Assembly (NCBI GenBank): GCA_918797485.1
Contig: CAKKNE010000002.1
Span: 4,340,001-4,404,000 of the forward strand
DNA: 64,000 bases
DNA from: Pelagomonas calceolata
Lineage: Eukaryota
Direction: 5' to 3'
Position numbers and translations under genes: made by a program. This document shows positions 51,976 to 61,328 of this stretch, one piece after another. The notes under the pieces were generated by a model that worked only from the letters and a program-made list of their open reading frames with translations, had not been told where the DNA came from and ran no database searches. The first letter of the stretch is position 1, and each line of letters begins with the position of its first letter.

Positions 51976-53308
51976 CTAGCGGCGGAAGTGGTCGCCACGT
52001 CCTCCTCCGCGCCCGCCGAAGCCGCGCCCGCGGCCACCACCGCGACCCTTGCCGCCGCCCTTGCCGTGCTGGGAGAAGTGCGGCGACCTCGGGTCCGTGA
52101 AGTGCGGCGGCGAGCCCGCCTCGTCGACGACGTCGGCCTGGCCCCACAGGATGATCGAGACGCGGCCCTTGCCCGAGCGCTCCTCCTCCGGTAGCAGGTT
52201 GACGCCGTGCTTGAAGCCTGCGTGGAAATTCCATGTCAGACGCCATCGACGCGACGGTTCATTTCCACACGGCTCGGAGCGAATATTGACATCTCTTCCA
52301 AAGTAAAACAAGCCACCGTTCGTCTGTGGGAAGTAGAAGCGCTTGGAAGGGTCCATCGCATCCACGAACGCCAGTTCCCGGGCGTCCCCAAACGAAACAC
52401 CCACGGTGCAGTTCTGGTTGCGCGCGCGCTGCGCGTTGAACGCCGCCGAGTCGTGGTGGAAGGGCTTCCAGTCGCTCGGGTTGTTGTACCAGTTGAAGCG
52501 CGTCCCTCTTGACTGCGGCTGGAGGCCGAAGAAGTCGCCCATTTTTTTCTGGACCTCCTGGTACCTGCGTGGAAATCATAGTGTCGTCCTCCACGCCATC
52601 GACGCGACGCCTGCTTGATTTTCACACAGCCTGGTACGTCTTGGAACCGCTCGGGTCCTTGGAGATCAAATGGGCGCCCTCGTGCCAGCTCTGCCATTCT
52701 GGGCCGGGACCGCGCTTCCCGGGCGCCTTGCCCTTTTGTTGGGACTCGCGCATCTCGTCGATGAGCTTGTAATACAACGACCAGTCGTCTTCTTTACAAA
52801 AAAACTCGGGCACGATGACTATATCGTCGTGCTTCAGGGGCCTGTCGTACCTGGGCTTCGAGCCGGAGCAGACGCGCACGCGGAACGAGGGTCTCACCAA
52901 GGTCGACTGGGGGTCGAAGGACTCCGTGTTGCGGCCCGTGGCGACGCCGAGGCCGAGAGCGGCTCGTTGCGCTTTCCCGAGGGGGCCCTGCTCGCGCGGA
53001 TCATCTCTCAAATGAGGTAGATCGGCGTCGGTGTCGCCGCCCCAGGCGGGCCGCGCGTCGCGGCGGTCGTCGCGGCTGCCGCGGCGGTCGTCGCGGCGAG
53101 GCTGGTCGTGGCGGCGCCCGTCGTCGCGGCGGCGGCCACCGTCGTCGCGGCGGCGCTCGCGCGAGCGGGAGCGGCTGCGGTCGCGGCGCTTGCGCGAGCG
53201 CGAGCGCGAGCGGCGGCGGCGCGAGCGGCTGCGTTCCCGCGTGCGGTCTCGCTTCTCGTGCTGCTGCGGCTCCTGGTTGTGTCTTGCGCTGCTGAGGGGG
53301 GCGTCCAT
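51976..53308 (-). CDS. 2OG-Fe(II) dioxygenase (AlkB-like) with RS-rich N-terminus and RGG C-terminus; 3 exons (53308-52638, 52564-52281, 52217-51976)
   Basis: After removing two introns: ...SKTYQEVQKKMGDFF...RFNWY...PFHHD...VGVSFG..REL.F...DVNIRFKHGV...RVSIILWG (HxD...H...R). Confidence 0.8.
52218..52280 (-). mobile_element. Introner-like MITE forming a 63-nt GC-AG intron
   Basis: TIRs CCGTGTGGAAAT/ATTTCCACGCAG; degenerate 8-bp TSD GCTCCGAG/GCTTCAAG; excision restores NIRFKHG. Confidence 0.8.
52565..52637 (-). mobile_element. Introner-like MITE forming a 73-nt GT-AG intron
   Basis: Perfect 8-bp TSD GTACCAGG (52630-52637, 52557-52564); 14-bp TIRs CTGTGTGAAAATCA/TGATTTCCACGCAG (12/14); excision fixes the frameshift between track ORFs. 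Confidence 0.9.
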
Positions 53309-53717
53309 TGTGTGGATTACGGTCGTTTTCGCAGTGTTGACGCAGCGCTGCTATTACCTGGCAACTGTTTCGTAAGAGAACCAGCAGCTGACGGCAAATG
53401 TGGATCAAACTCAAAAGCGCGCGAGATGAAAAATAATCATAGCGTCCGTAAGACACTAGCAATCACGACGCGTCGCGGGCAAGGTGATTGAACGGGCGAA
53501 CGTTGCCCATTGGTCGAGAGGCGCCGACGAGGCGGCTCTGCTTAGATGGAAGTGCTGTGATGAAAAACGCGGCCCGTGGCCCGCCGCCACAGGTATCCCC
53601 AGGGCTTCGCCCACGAGTCCGATGCACAACAACAATTCCCGGCACCGTCAGTCGTCGAAAAAAAATGAGAGAGTGGTGTGGTTACAGCGGGGGGGCGACG
53701 AGCGAGACAGAGGTTTT

Positions 53718-54902
53718 TCAGGGCGAGATCGTGGGCACCGGCGGCCCGAGTCTGGGCGACGCCTGCTGCGACGGCCCCGGCGAGGCCGTCGAGATCTGGG
53801 GCGACCCCGGCGGCGGCGGCGGCGGCGGCGACGACGCCTCCATCGTCACGTCCGGGACATCCCTCAAATCCGCGGCCAATTGCGCCTCGATGGACCGGAG
53901 TCGTTCCGCATCCACAATAGCGGCGCCGGTCCGCGCGTCCACGACGTCGAAGGTGTCGACCGCGGTCCGCGTGATTTGCGGTTCCGCGCCACCAACTACA
54001 GTACTAATTTTGGCCCCTACCACGTTCAGCGATAGAGAGTCCAGCGACGCGACGATGCGTTTCAGGAGGCCCGGGCGGTCGGGCACGCTCACGGAGAGCG
54101 TCGTTGTTGTGGATTTGTCTCTTTCAGTTTTTTTGAGTGAGGCTAAAACGTCGCGCTCCATCTGCGCTAATGCGGCAGCATCCGCGACGGGCCGTCGCGT
54201 CGTCGCGTCGACGACCTCGAACTCGTCGTGCAGGACGCCTCCCGCGAGCGTTTCACATCTAGCAGCTAAAATAGTCAAGTTGCGTCGCGCGAAAAACCGA
54301 GACATGTGGCCTAATAAACCAGGTCGATCCTGCATCACTATTCTGACCGCGGTCCTTCGCTGCTCGTTGACCCGAGCTAGGACGGACGTCTCGACCGGTT
54401 GCCGCTCGTTCGCGTCGTGAGGAGCTAAGTGAGTCACCGTGAACAGCGTCTGGGAAGCGGGAGCGATCAGCTGATCCGTAGGAGCGTCGTCGTCTCTTGA
54501 CCTCTTGCCACCGCCCCGCGTCACCCTATCAGTGGGCAAAATCTGCGGAGTAGATACAGGTTCACCGGACGGCCGCCTTCTAGGCTCGACGGACGCCAAG
54601 AATGCTCTTCGAGCCGCGTCCAGCGCTTGCCGCTCGTCGTTCGTCAAGGACCCTCTTAGCTTAAAAACGCATTTGCCGATGGCGTGCGTCGAACTCAGTT
54701 TTTTCGTCACGCGCATCGGCGTGCAAGCAAGGCACTCGGATAAAGTGGTACGTAAAGATTCGCCGCCTAGCAAGCCTGGGAGGCGGCCGCTCGTGAAGTG
54801 CTCTATCAACAACATCGCGTAGTCGCACTCGGCCTGCGTCCACTTGCCGTGTCTTCGTTCCAGGGCGCGCGGCGCGCTCGATGCGGCGGGCGTCGCCTCC
54901 AT
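53718..54902 (-). CDS. Protein with N-terminal GKWT...CTPMRVTKK helical domain and two ACT domains (GlnD/ACR-like)
   Basis: MQDRPGLLGHMSRFF..NLTILAARCET..HDEFEV and VPDRPGLLKRIVASL..LNVVGAKIST..DTFDV. Confidence 0.75.
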   Translation of the reverse strand: MEATPAASSAPRALERRHGKWTQAECDYAMLLIEHFTSGRLPGLLGGESLRTTLSECLACTPMRVTKKLSSTHAIGKCVFKLRGSLTNDERQALDAARRAFLASVEPRRRPSGEPVSTPQILPTDRVTRGGGKRSRDDDAPTDQLIAPASQTLFTVTHLAPHDANERQPVETSVLARVNEQRRTAVRIVMQDRPGLLGHMSRFFARRNLTILAARCETLAGGVLHDEFEVVDATTRRPVADAAALAQMERDVLASLKKTERDKSTTTTLSVSVPDRPGLLKRIVASLDSLSLNVVGAKISTVVGGAEPQITRTAVDTFDVVDARTGAAIVDAERLRSIEAQLAADLRDVPDVTMEASSPPPPPPPGSPQISTASPGPSQQASPRLGPPVPTISP

Positions 54903-55276
54903 GCCGTTTATTTTTGGGGGTGTGGCACCACCCTCGGTTGCGTCTCGCGCTGTCCTTGCTCCGTGAGCTGTCTTTTGCAGTAGCAGGCGATTGAGTGCGC
55001 TGCGGCCAGACAACTCACCCTAGCCCGATGCCGAGCGATGCCGATGGCTAGGGGAAGTCGCTAAGTAGGCGCAGGGAACCTTGGTTGGGGTTATATGGCC
55101 GCCGTCAGATCATCAAGTCGGCCTCAAATCTCTAGAGCTCGACTTCGCTAGGTCCGGAAAAAATAATTACGATGACAGCCCGATGACAAGGCATACAAGC
55201 TTGTAGCAGGGTAATTGTGTACAGGCTCGTAGCATCGCTGCGTGCACTGCTGACGCCTCGTCCTCATCGGCCACGC

Positions 55277-56290
55277 ATGCGCAGAGCCGCCAGCCAACTC
55301 GTGAGAAGAGCCATGTCGACGAAACGCATCGGCGTCCTCGTCAAGGACAACCACGCGGCCTGGCCGCCGCGACTGAAGGACTGCGACGCCGAACTGATCA
55401 ACGCTGCGACATCAGAAGAACTGCAAGCCAAGGCATCATCCATAGATGCGCTGGTCTGGGTGCCCGGCGTCGCTGCCGCAGAAGTCACACAAGCGTTCGA
55501 GACGCTCAAGCCGCAGTGGGTCCACTCCTTCCCCGCCGGCGTCGACGGCTTGAGTGGGTTTCTCTCGTCAGATGCGTTGCAAGCTAGACAGGTACCAGTA
55601 ACCAACGGCAAGGGCGCCTTCTCGTCTTCCTTAGCGGAGTACGTCATCGCGGCAATAATGCATTTCACGAAACGAGTGCCCCGCTGTTTGGCAAATCAAA
55701 AGGAGAAAAAGTGGGACCCCTTCGTGATGGACGTCGTCGCGGGGAAAACCGTGGGGTTTGTCGGGTACGGACACATCGCACAACAGACCGCGGTTTTATG
55801 CAAAGCGCTGGGCATGCGCGTCATCGCCTGCCGCCGGTCGAGTGGTGGGGAGGACGTCGTCGTGCCGTCGCAAACGTATTCACCGAATGAGCGCTTGAAA
55901 TTATTCGCTGAAGCTGACTACGTCGTGTGCTCGCTGCCGGGCACGGCGGCGACCCAGGACTTCTGCGGTGCTCAGGAGTTCGGCGCCATGAAAAGTACAG
56001 GGGTTTTCGTGTCATTGGGACGGGGCGCCGCCGTCGACGAGGACGCTCTCGTTGATGTGTTGCAGAAGGGTCAGATACGGGGCGCCGCTTTGGATGTGTT
56101 CAAGGAGGAGCCCCTGCCGTCTTCGTCGCCGCTCTGGGCCCTGGGCGACCGCATCTGGATCACGGCGCACAACGCGGACTTGACCGAGGACTACTTCGAC
56201 CTCGGCTGGGCCGTCTTCGCGGACAACTACCGGAGCTTTGCCAGTGGTGAACCACTCAAGACCCCCATCGAGGTAAGTAGGGGCTACTAA
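55277..56290 (+). CDS. D-isomer-specific 2-hydroxyacid dehydrogenase, NAD-binding
   Basis: AGVD, VTNGKG, VGFVGYGHI, LGRGAAVDE, AALDVFKEEPL, ITAHNA. Confidence 0.9.
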   Translation: MRRAASQLVRRAMSTKRIGVLVKDNHAAWPPRLKDCDAELINAATSEELQAKASSIDALVWVPGVAAAEVTQAFETLKPQWVHSFPAGVDGLSGFLSSDALQARQVPVTNGKGAFSSSLAEYVIAAIMHFTKRVPRCLANQKEKKWDPFVMDVVAGKTVGFVGYGHIAQQTAVLCKALGMRVIACRRSSGGEDVVVPSQTYSPNERLKLFAEADYVVCSLPGTAATQDFCGAQEFGAMKSTGVFVSLGRGAAVDEDALVDVLQKGQIRGAALDVFKEEPLPSSSPLWALGDRIWITAHNADLTEDYFDLGWAVFADNYRSFASGEPLKTPIEVSRGY

Positions 56291-57451
56291 CTTTTTATGA
56301 GTCTGACCGCTTCACATGCGTGGGAATAGAGCGCGCGCCACCGCTGCTCGAGGCCCGGCGGCGGCGGCAGGCTTTGATCAACAGCGGGCGTGACCAGCGG
56401 CGCGAGCCTCCGCACCGCTTGATCAACTACGACGAGAGACGCCCGGAGCGCGTCGCCGTCGAGCGGCGCGTACAACTCTTCCCCCAGCGCCACGGCGGCC
56501 TCTCGTACCGCGTCGGCCGCCGCGTACATTGCAGAAACGTCGTCGAATTTCCCAGCGTTGCCTCGTTCATCAATCGCCAATAGCGCCTGCTTGTAGAGCT
56601 GGCCCACGACTTTGAGACACCCGACCGAGGCCTCCGCGGCCGGGGCTTGGTCAGGTGCATACGCGTCGTCTAAACCCCCGAAAGGGTCGTCGAAGGCGTC
56701 CTCTGTATCATCATAATCTTGCGCGAGGAGCTCCTCGAACTCCGTCAGCACCTGCGCGGCGCGTCGCGGTCGCTCGACGCGGTCCGAAATGACCCACGGC
56801 CTCGTCTGATGGACACGAGTCCATCCAAGGAAGTGAAGGCGCCTCTACACGACGGGACGCCGAGATACGCACGTCCTTCAACTCCTTGGCCCACTGCAGA
56901 AATTCCCGTCGGTAGGCCGTGCGGTTCGACTTCGGGATTTTGTGGCACATCTGCGCCGCCTCCCAGGCGACGCCCGTCTTCTGGGGGACGTCTTTGTTTG
57001 TTTTCAGGGCTTCCGCTAGTGAACGCCACGCGTCGAGCAGCCGTCTTCCATTAACACGAGCTATGGCTCTCAGAGGCGCGCCCGCACCAGCCGTGTCGGT
57101 CTGCAGCAAGGCCGCGGCCGTCTGGAGCTCATTTGCTGCCTTTTCTACATCTTTGCAGATCGCTTGTGCCGCTTCCGTCGTTACGGAGGGCTCCTGTAAT
57201 ACCAAAGGCGCCTTCGACGCCAATGCCTCTAAAGCTTGGGCCGCGCCGGCGTAGACGGCCGTGGCCGCCTTCACGCCGTCGCCCTCGCTCCAGCTCGATG
57301 GCGGCGCCGGGCCTTGCTTCACGCTCTCGCCTAGCGACAGGCCGCCGAAGGCGCCGGCGTAGACTTGCGACGCGGCGTCGGCGTCGACGGCGTCTACTAA
57401 ACTTTTGAGCTTTTGTTCTAGAGTTGTTGCGGCGGCTTTGGCAGCAGCCAT
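56287..57451 (-). CDS. GCIP / cyclin-D1-binding protein 1 family; 2 exons (57451-56873, 56751-56290)
   Basis: TGVAWEA...IPKSN...ELKD|VLTEFEELL + acidic stretch + ALGEELYAP. A 121-nt GTGCGT...GCGCAG intron at 56752-56872 restores the frame. Confidence 0.75.
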
Positions 57452-57689
57452 AATGCTGTGGCTAGTTTGGGAGTGGCACCGCCGGGCGTGCAGCGCAGCG
57501 TTGGTTGCAGCTGGACGAGGACTTATACCAAGCTCTCACACGCGTATCGCAATGACCAATGCCGCTATATAGCACCAGTTTTGGAGCAAAATGCCGATTT
57601 CGCCAACAGGCAAAACCCGCACTCTAGTCCTAGCACGGTATACAAAGTTGTGTCGCTGTCGAAGCGACTCATTCAAACAACACGCTTCG

Positions 57690-58577
57690 TTAGAGAACGG
57701 CCCCGACCCCAAGCATACACGCGCCCGTCGCGAGCGCCACGGACGCCGTCCCCGCGAGGAAGACCGCGATCACGGAGACGAACTGCGGGTACCACCGCTG
57801 CGGGAGCCGTCGCTGGACAGAGAGGGCCGTCCGTTGGTACCGATTGATACTGAGCACGAACAGTAGGGCTTTGACCGGGAGCAGTGCGGGCTCGAGCAGG
57901 CGGAGCGTCGGGATCGTGGCGATGGCGCTCGCCCAGCGATCGGGTGCCGCGCGCAGACACGCGCGCGTCCACGCGGTAAACACGAGGCCTGCGGTGCAGG
58001 TGGTTGAGACCAACGACCAGACGAGCACCGCCATCGAGCCATAGGACGTGATCGCCGAAATGAGAGCCTCGCGTTGTTCCTTCGGCAGGCCGCCTAGGAT
58101 GAGTCGCTGCAATTCATTCGGCAGGTCGCGGAAATACTCGTCGCGCAGCGCCTCCAGCGAGCTCTCGGCGTCGGCGAGGACCTTGCGCGAGATGTCGCCG
58201 AATTCATAATCTTCTTTGCCCGTGAAATTCGTGACGGCCTTCTTCGTGATGTCGCCGAATTTGTACTCACTGGCGTCCTTCCCAGTCAAGTCGCGGACGA
58301 CGCCCTTCGTCAGGTCTCCGAACTGATACTCGTCGTTGTCCGTCACCGTGCGCACGACGCCCTCGACCAGGCCCTTCGTCGCGTTCGCGGCGAGGTCGAT
58401 TGCGCCGCTGGCCACGACGGTGCGCGGTCGTGCGGTTTTGACGCCGATGCTTGGTCGCTGCCGTAGCCTCTGCACAATGCTGTGCTGCCGCAGCGGACGG
58501 AACGTCGTGAAGCCGCGGACGGCTGCGAGTAGCAGGGCTGCAGTGAGAGCAGGCTGTGCTGTGCGTGCTGGAGCCAT
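57690..58577 (-). CDS. Probably plastid-targeted membrane protein with three Y.FGD(L/I)(T/S) repeats
   Basis: Signal + VRGF presequence; DEYQFGDLTK, SEYKFGDITK, EDYEFGDISR. Confidence 0.65.
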   Translation of the reverse strand: MAPARTAQPALTAALLLAAVRGFTTFRPLRQHSIVQRLRQRPSIGVKTARPRTVVASGAIDLAANATKGLVEGVVRTVTDNDEYQFGDLTKGVVRDLTGKDASEYKFGDITKKAVTNFTGKEDYEFGDISRKVLADAESSLEALRDEYFRDLPNELQRLILGGLPKEQREALISAITSYGSMAVLVWSLVSTTCTAGLVFTAWTRACLRAAPDRWASAIATIPTLRLLEPALLPVKALLFVLSINRYQRTALSVQRRLPQRWYPQFVSVIAVFLAGTASVALATGACMLGVGAVL

Positions 58578-58863
58578 TGCGACGAGCTTTTTGCGACCAC
58601 TGCGCGTTTTACCGCTATGGTGGGCTCGGCCAAACGTATCTTAGAGAGCTGTGCGCGTCGTTGTAGCGGTTTTGGCCGGGAGAGCGTAAATCTAAGTGTG
58701 TCAACGCTAGCTCCGCCTCACTAACTCGACGCTCTCAAACCACGTGCTGCGCCATTGCAGCTCTCCCCGTGTTGCTGACCGCGGCCAGGCGCACCTTGAG
58801 GTCTTCCACTGCTAGCCATTACGCTCTTGGCTTGGGAAGAGCGCTGCAGCCGCTTCAAGCTGC

Positions 58864-59517
58864 ATGCTCTCACTCCTCCTCAGCGGCTCCGTCGCGGCGG
58901 CGGCCGCCCTCACTGCGACGAATGAGAGGCCCCCAGCAACACTCGCGAGGCGCCCCTTCGTCGCCGCCGCGACGGCGCTGCCGCTCGCGTACGCCGCGAC
59001 GGGCGCGTACGCCGCGTGCCTCCCCTCGGACGCGAGCGTCGAGTGCATCGGCGTCTACAAGGAGCGGTCCACCGACGTGACGCGCGAGGACGCGAAGGCG
59101 GCGGGCATCCGCTGGGTCGACCAGCCCTCCTTTACGAGTTGCGCGAAGGCCGCGAACTACCTGCGGGACGCGCGCCCACAAATCGCGAAGTGGCGGTCTT
59201 CTGCTGATTTCACGAGCGTCGGCCAGGATCTGTTGAGAGTGCGGCCGCGCGTCCAGGCCGCGGCCGCGCTGCTGGCGTCCAACGTCGATCCAGGTAGCGC
59301 CACTTTACTAAACCGCGCGGCCGAGAGCGCTTTGTATTCAATGGACGCGGCCGACGTGGCCCTGGGCTTTGCCATTCGCGAAACGAACACGCGGTACGTG
59401 ATAACGCGCGCCGCGGCGGCGGCCGACGCCTTGGATACGGCCGACGCGGACTACTGCGAGCTCGTGCGCTTCGTGGACGCACTTTATCCCGAAACGAAGC
59501 CTAAGAAGAAGAGGTAG
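58864..59517 (+). CDS. Hypothetical, possible thylakoid-lumen helical protein
   Basis: Signal peptide followed by a twin-Arg-like RRPFVAAATALPLAYAATGAYA segment. Confidence 0.55.
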   Translation: MLSLLLSGSVAAAAALTATNERPPATLARRPFVAAATALPLAYAATGAYAACLPSDASVECIGVYKERSTDVTREDAKAAGIRWVDQPSFTSCAKAANYLRDARPQIAKWRSSADFTSVGQDLLRVRPRVQAAAALLASNVDPGSATLLNRAAESALYSMDAADVALGFAIRETNTRYVITRAAAAADALDTADADYCELVRFVDALYPETKPKKKR

Positions 59518-59530
59518 TACACACAACATA

Positions 59531-60568
59531 TTATTCAACGTCGCAGGAATCCTCGACGTCGCAGTCCCGCAACAACAGATTCTGGCCGAAGGCCGCGGCG
59601 GCGATGAGCGCCGCGCCGGACAGGCCCGCGGGACCCAATCGTTCATGCAACGCAAAGTAGGCGAAGAACGCCGCCCACAAGGGATCGGTCGCATAGACGA
59701 CCGCGGCACTCGAGGGAGGCACGGTCTTTTGTGCGATCGTCTGCAGGTAGCCACATAATGCGGACGGGACGAGGCCGAGGTACAACGCGGCGACGAGCAC
59801 TTCTGACGGCGGCAAGGTGAGTTCTGATGATTGAAAGCGCCCAGTCTGCCAGAAAGCTAGAAAGGCCAGTACTGACGTAGCCAGCGCCGTGGCCGACGCA
59901 AGCCCTTCCGGCGACGACGCCTTTTGCGACGCCGGTTCCAAACGAATGATGAAGCACGCCGAGGCCAACGCCGCGAGGACTGATAGAGAATCGCCCGGCG
60001 CCCAGGCCCCGCCCACCGCGTCTGAGTCGGCGGCGAGCAGCAGCGTGCCGCTCAACGCGGCGAAGGCGCTCAACCACGTACCTCGCGGTAGTGTTTTACC
60101 ATTCACCAATTCTAAGAGAGGTACGAACTTGACGTTGAGGTAGAGGAGGAAGGCCGACCTTGTCGCTGTCGTCGTTTCCAGGCCGATAGTCTGCAGCGCG
60201 AAGCCTAAAAAGCTCCAGACGCCTAGTTCGCAACCCCAGCGCCACGTTTCTTCATCTTTCGGGCGGAAGTTGGCTAACGCTAAAGCCGCGACGAGGAACC
60301 GGGCGGCGGTCAGCTCGAGCGCGTGGCCGTCGCCGACGCTATCTAACGCCGCCTTCGCGACGGAGTGCTGCGTGCCCCAGGCCGCGGTCACAAACGCGAG
60401 GGTCGAAACGGCCTTTTGTGCGTCGCTGGAGCGCGTCGGCGCCGCGTATCGCGTGAGGCGTCGGCTGGGTGGTGCTGGTCTTGGCCTCAGTGGTGGTGGG
60501 GCGTAGCCGTGCGCACTGGTGATGATAGATAAGGCGATAAGCCATCGTTGCATGCGCAAATTAGCCAT
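59531..60568 (-). CDS. EamA/DMT-family transporter, probably plastid-targeted
   Basis: AWGTQH..AK, AARFLVA, GFALQTIGLETTTATRSAFL, LQTIAQKTV..SAAVVYATDPLWAAFFAY..LHERL. Confidence 0.85.
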   Translation of the reverse strand: MANLRMQRWLIALSIITSAHGYAPPPLRPRPAPPSRRLTRYAAPTRSSDAQKAVSTLAFVTAAWGTQHSVAKAALDSVGDGHALELTAARFLVAALALANFRPKDEETWRWGCELGVWSFLGFALQTIGLETTTATRSAFLLYLNVKFVPLLELVNGKTLPRGTWLSAFAALSGTLLLAADSDAVGGAWAPGDSLSVLAALASACFIIRLEPASQKASSPEGLASATALATSVLAFLAFWQTGRFQSSELTLPPSEVLVAALYLGLVPSALCGYLQTIAQKTVPPSSAAVVYATDPLWAAFFAYFALHERLGPAGLSGAALIAAAAFGQNLLLRDCDVEDSCDVE

Positions 60569-60775
60569 GTTGGCTGCAGCTACAGCTCTGGCGCCGGCTG
60601 GGCTTGCTGGGCTTGCTAGTGTCTTACTGGACGCTAGCGCACTCGCATCGAGCCACACAGCGTGAGCCAGCCCTCAGCACCGCAGCGCTCGTCCAGGGCT
60701 TGCGCCAAGTCTCCTCTGCCTTGCGCAACCCGCTTTTTTGCATCGAAGCGGAGTGGTTAGCTCACTCTGCCCACC

Positions 60776-61276
60776 ATGCTGGCGGCCACAGCACTCAGCA
60801 TTGCGCTCGCGCTTGCACCGCCCACTGCTCCGCCTTCTCTCAAGCCATGCAAGGGTGAAAGTGATTGCATCTCATCGAACGGCCTCGAAGCGCCGAATCA
60901 CTTTCAGGCGCCGCTCGCCTTCGCACCGAAGACGCGAGCTACGGCTTTTGCCGACGCGGCGCGACTCCTACGAGACGAGTGCACCGCGGTCGACGACGGC
61001 GCAAGCTACGTCCAGGCGCGCTGTGAGGGCGACGTCGTGGAGTTATTGCTGCGAGACGACGTCGCGACGTTCCGCGTGGCGGCCCTGCAAAAAGGCATCA
61101 CGCCACCTTGGTGTGTTGAGAAAGGATGTATCAATGGCTCAATGAATCAACGCAAGCGGATCCTCAAACTCGGCGAGCGGCTCGGCTGGTCTCCCGTCGA
61201 CTCGACGAACTTGCAGGACGAGGGCCGCTGGACGCCGATCTTTTTCAACACCGACGCGGTGCCGCGGGATGAATAG
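60776..61276 (+). CDS. DUF1499-like protein
   Basis: Signal peptide, LKPC...DCISS, DVVELL, NQRKRI. Confidence 0.6.
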   Translation: MLAATALSIALALAPPTAPPSLKPCKGESDCISSNGLEAPNHFQAPLAFAPKTRATAFADAARLLRDECTAVDDGASYVQARCEGDVVELLLRDDVATFRVAALQKGITPPWCVEKGCINGSMNQRKRILKLGERLGWSPVDSTNLQDEGRWTPIFFNTDAVPRDE

Positions 61277-61328
61277 GTATGTGCTGTTGTGTTTGTGAAA
61301 TAAACTTGAATAATTAAATAAATATCGA

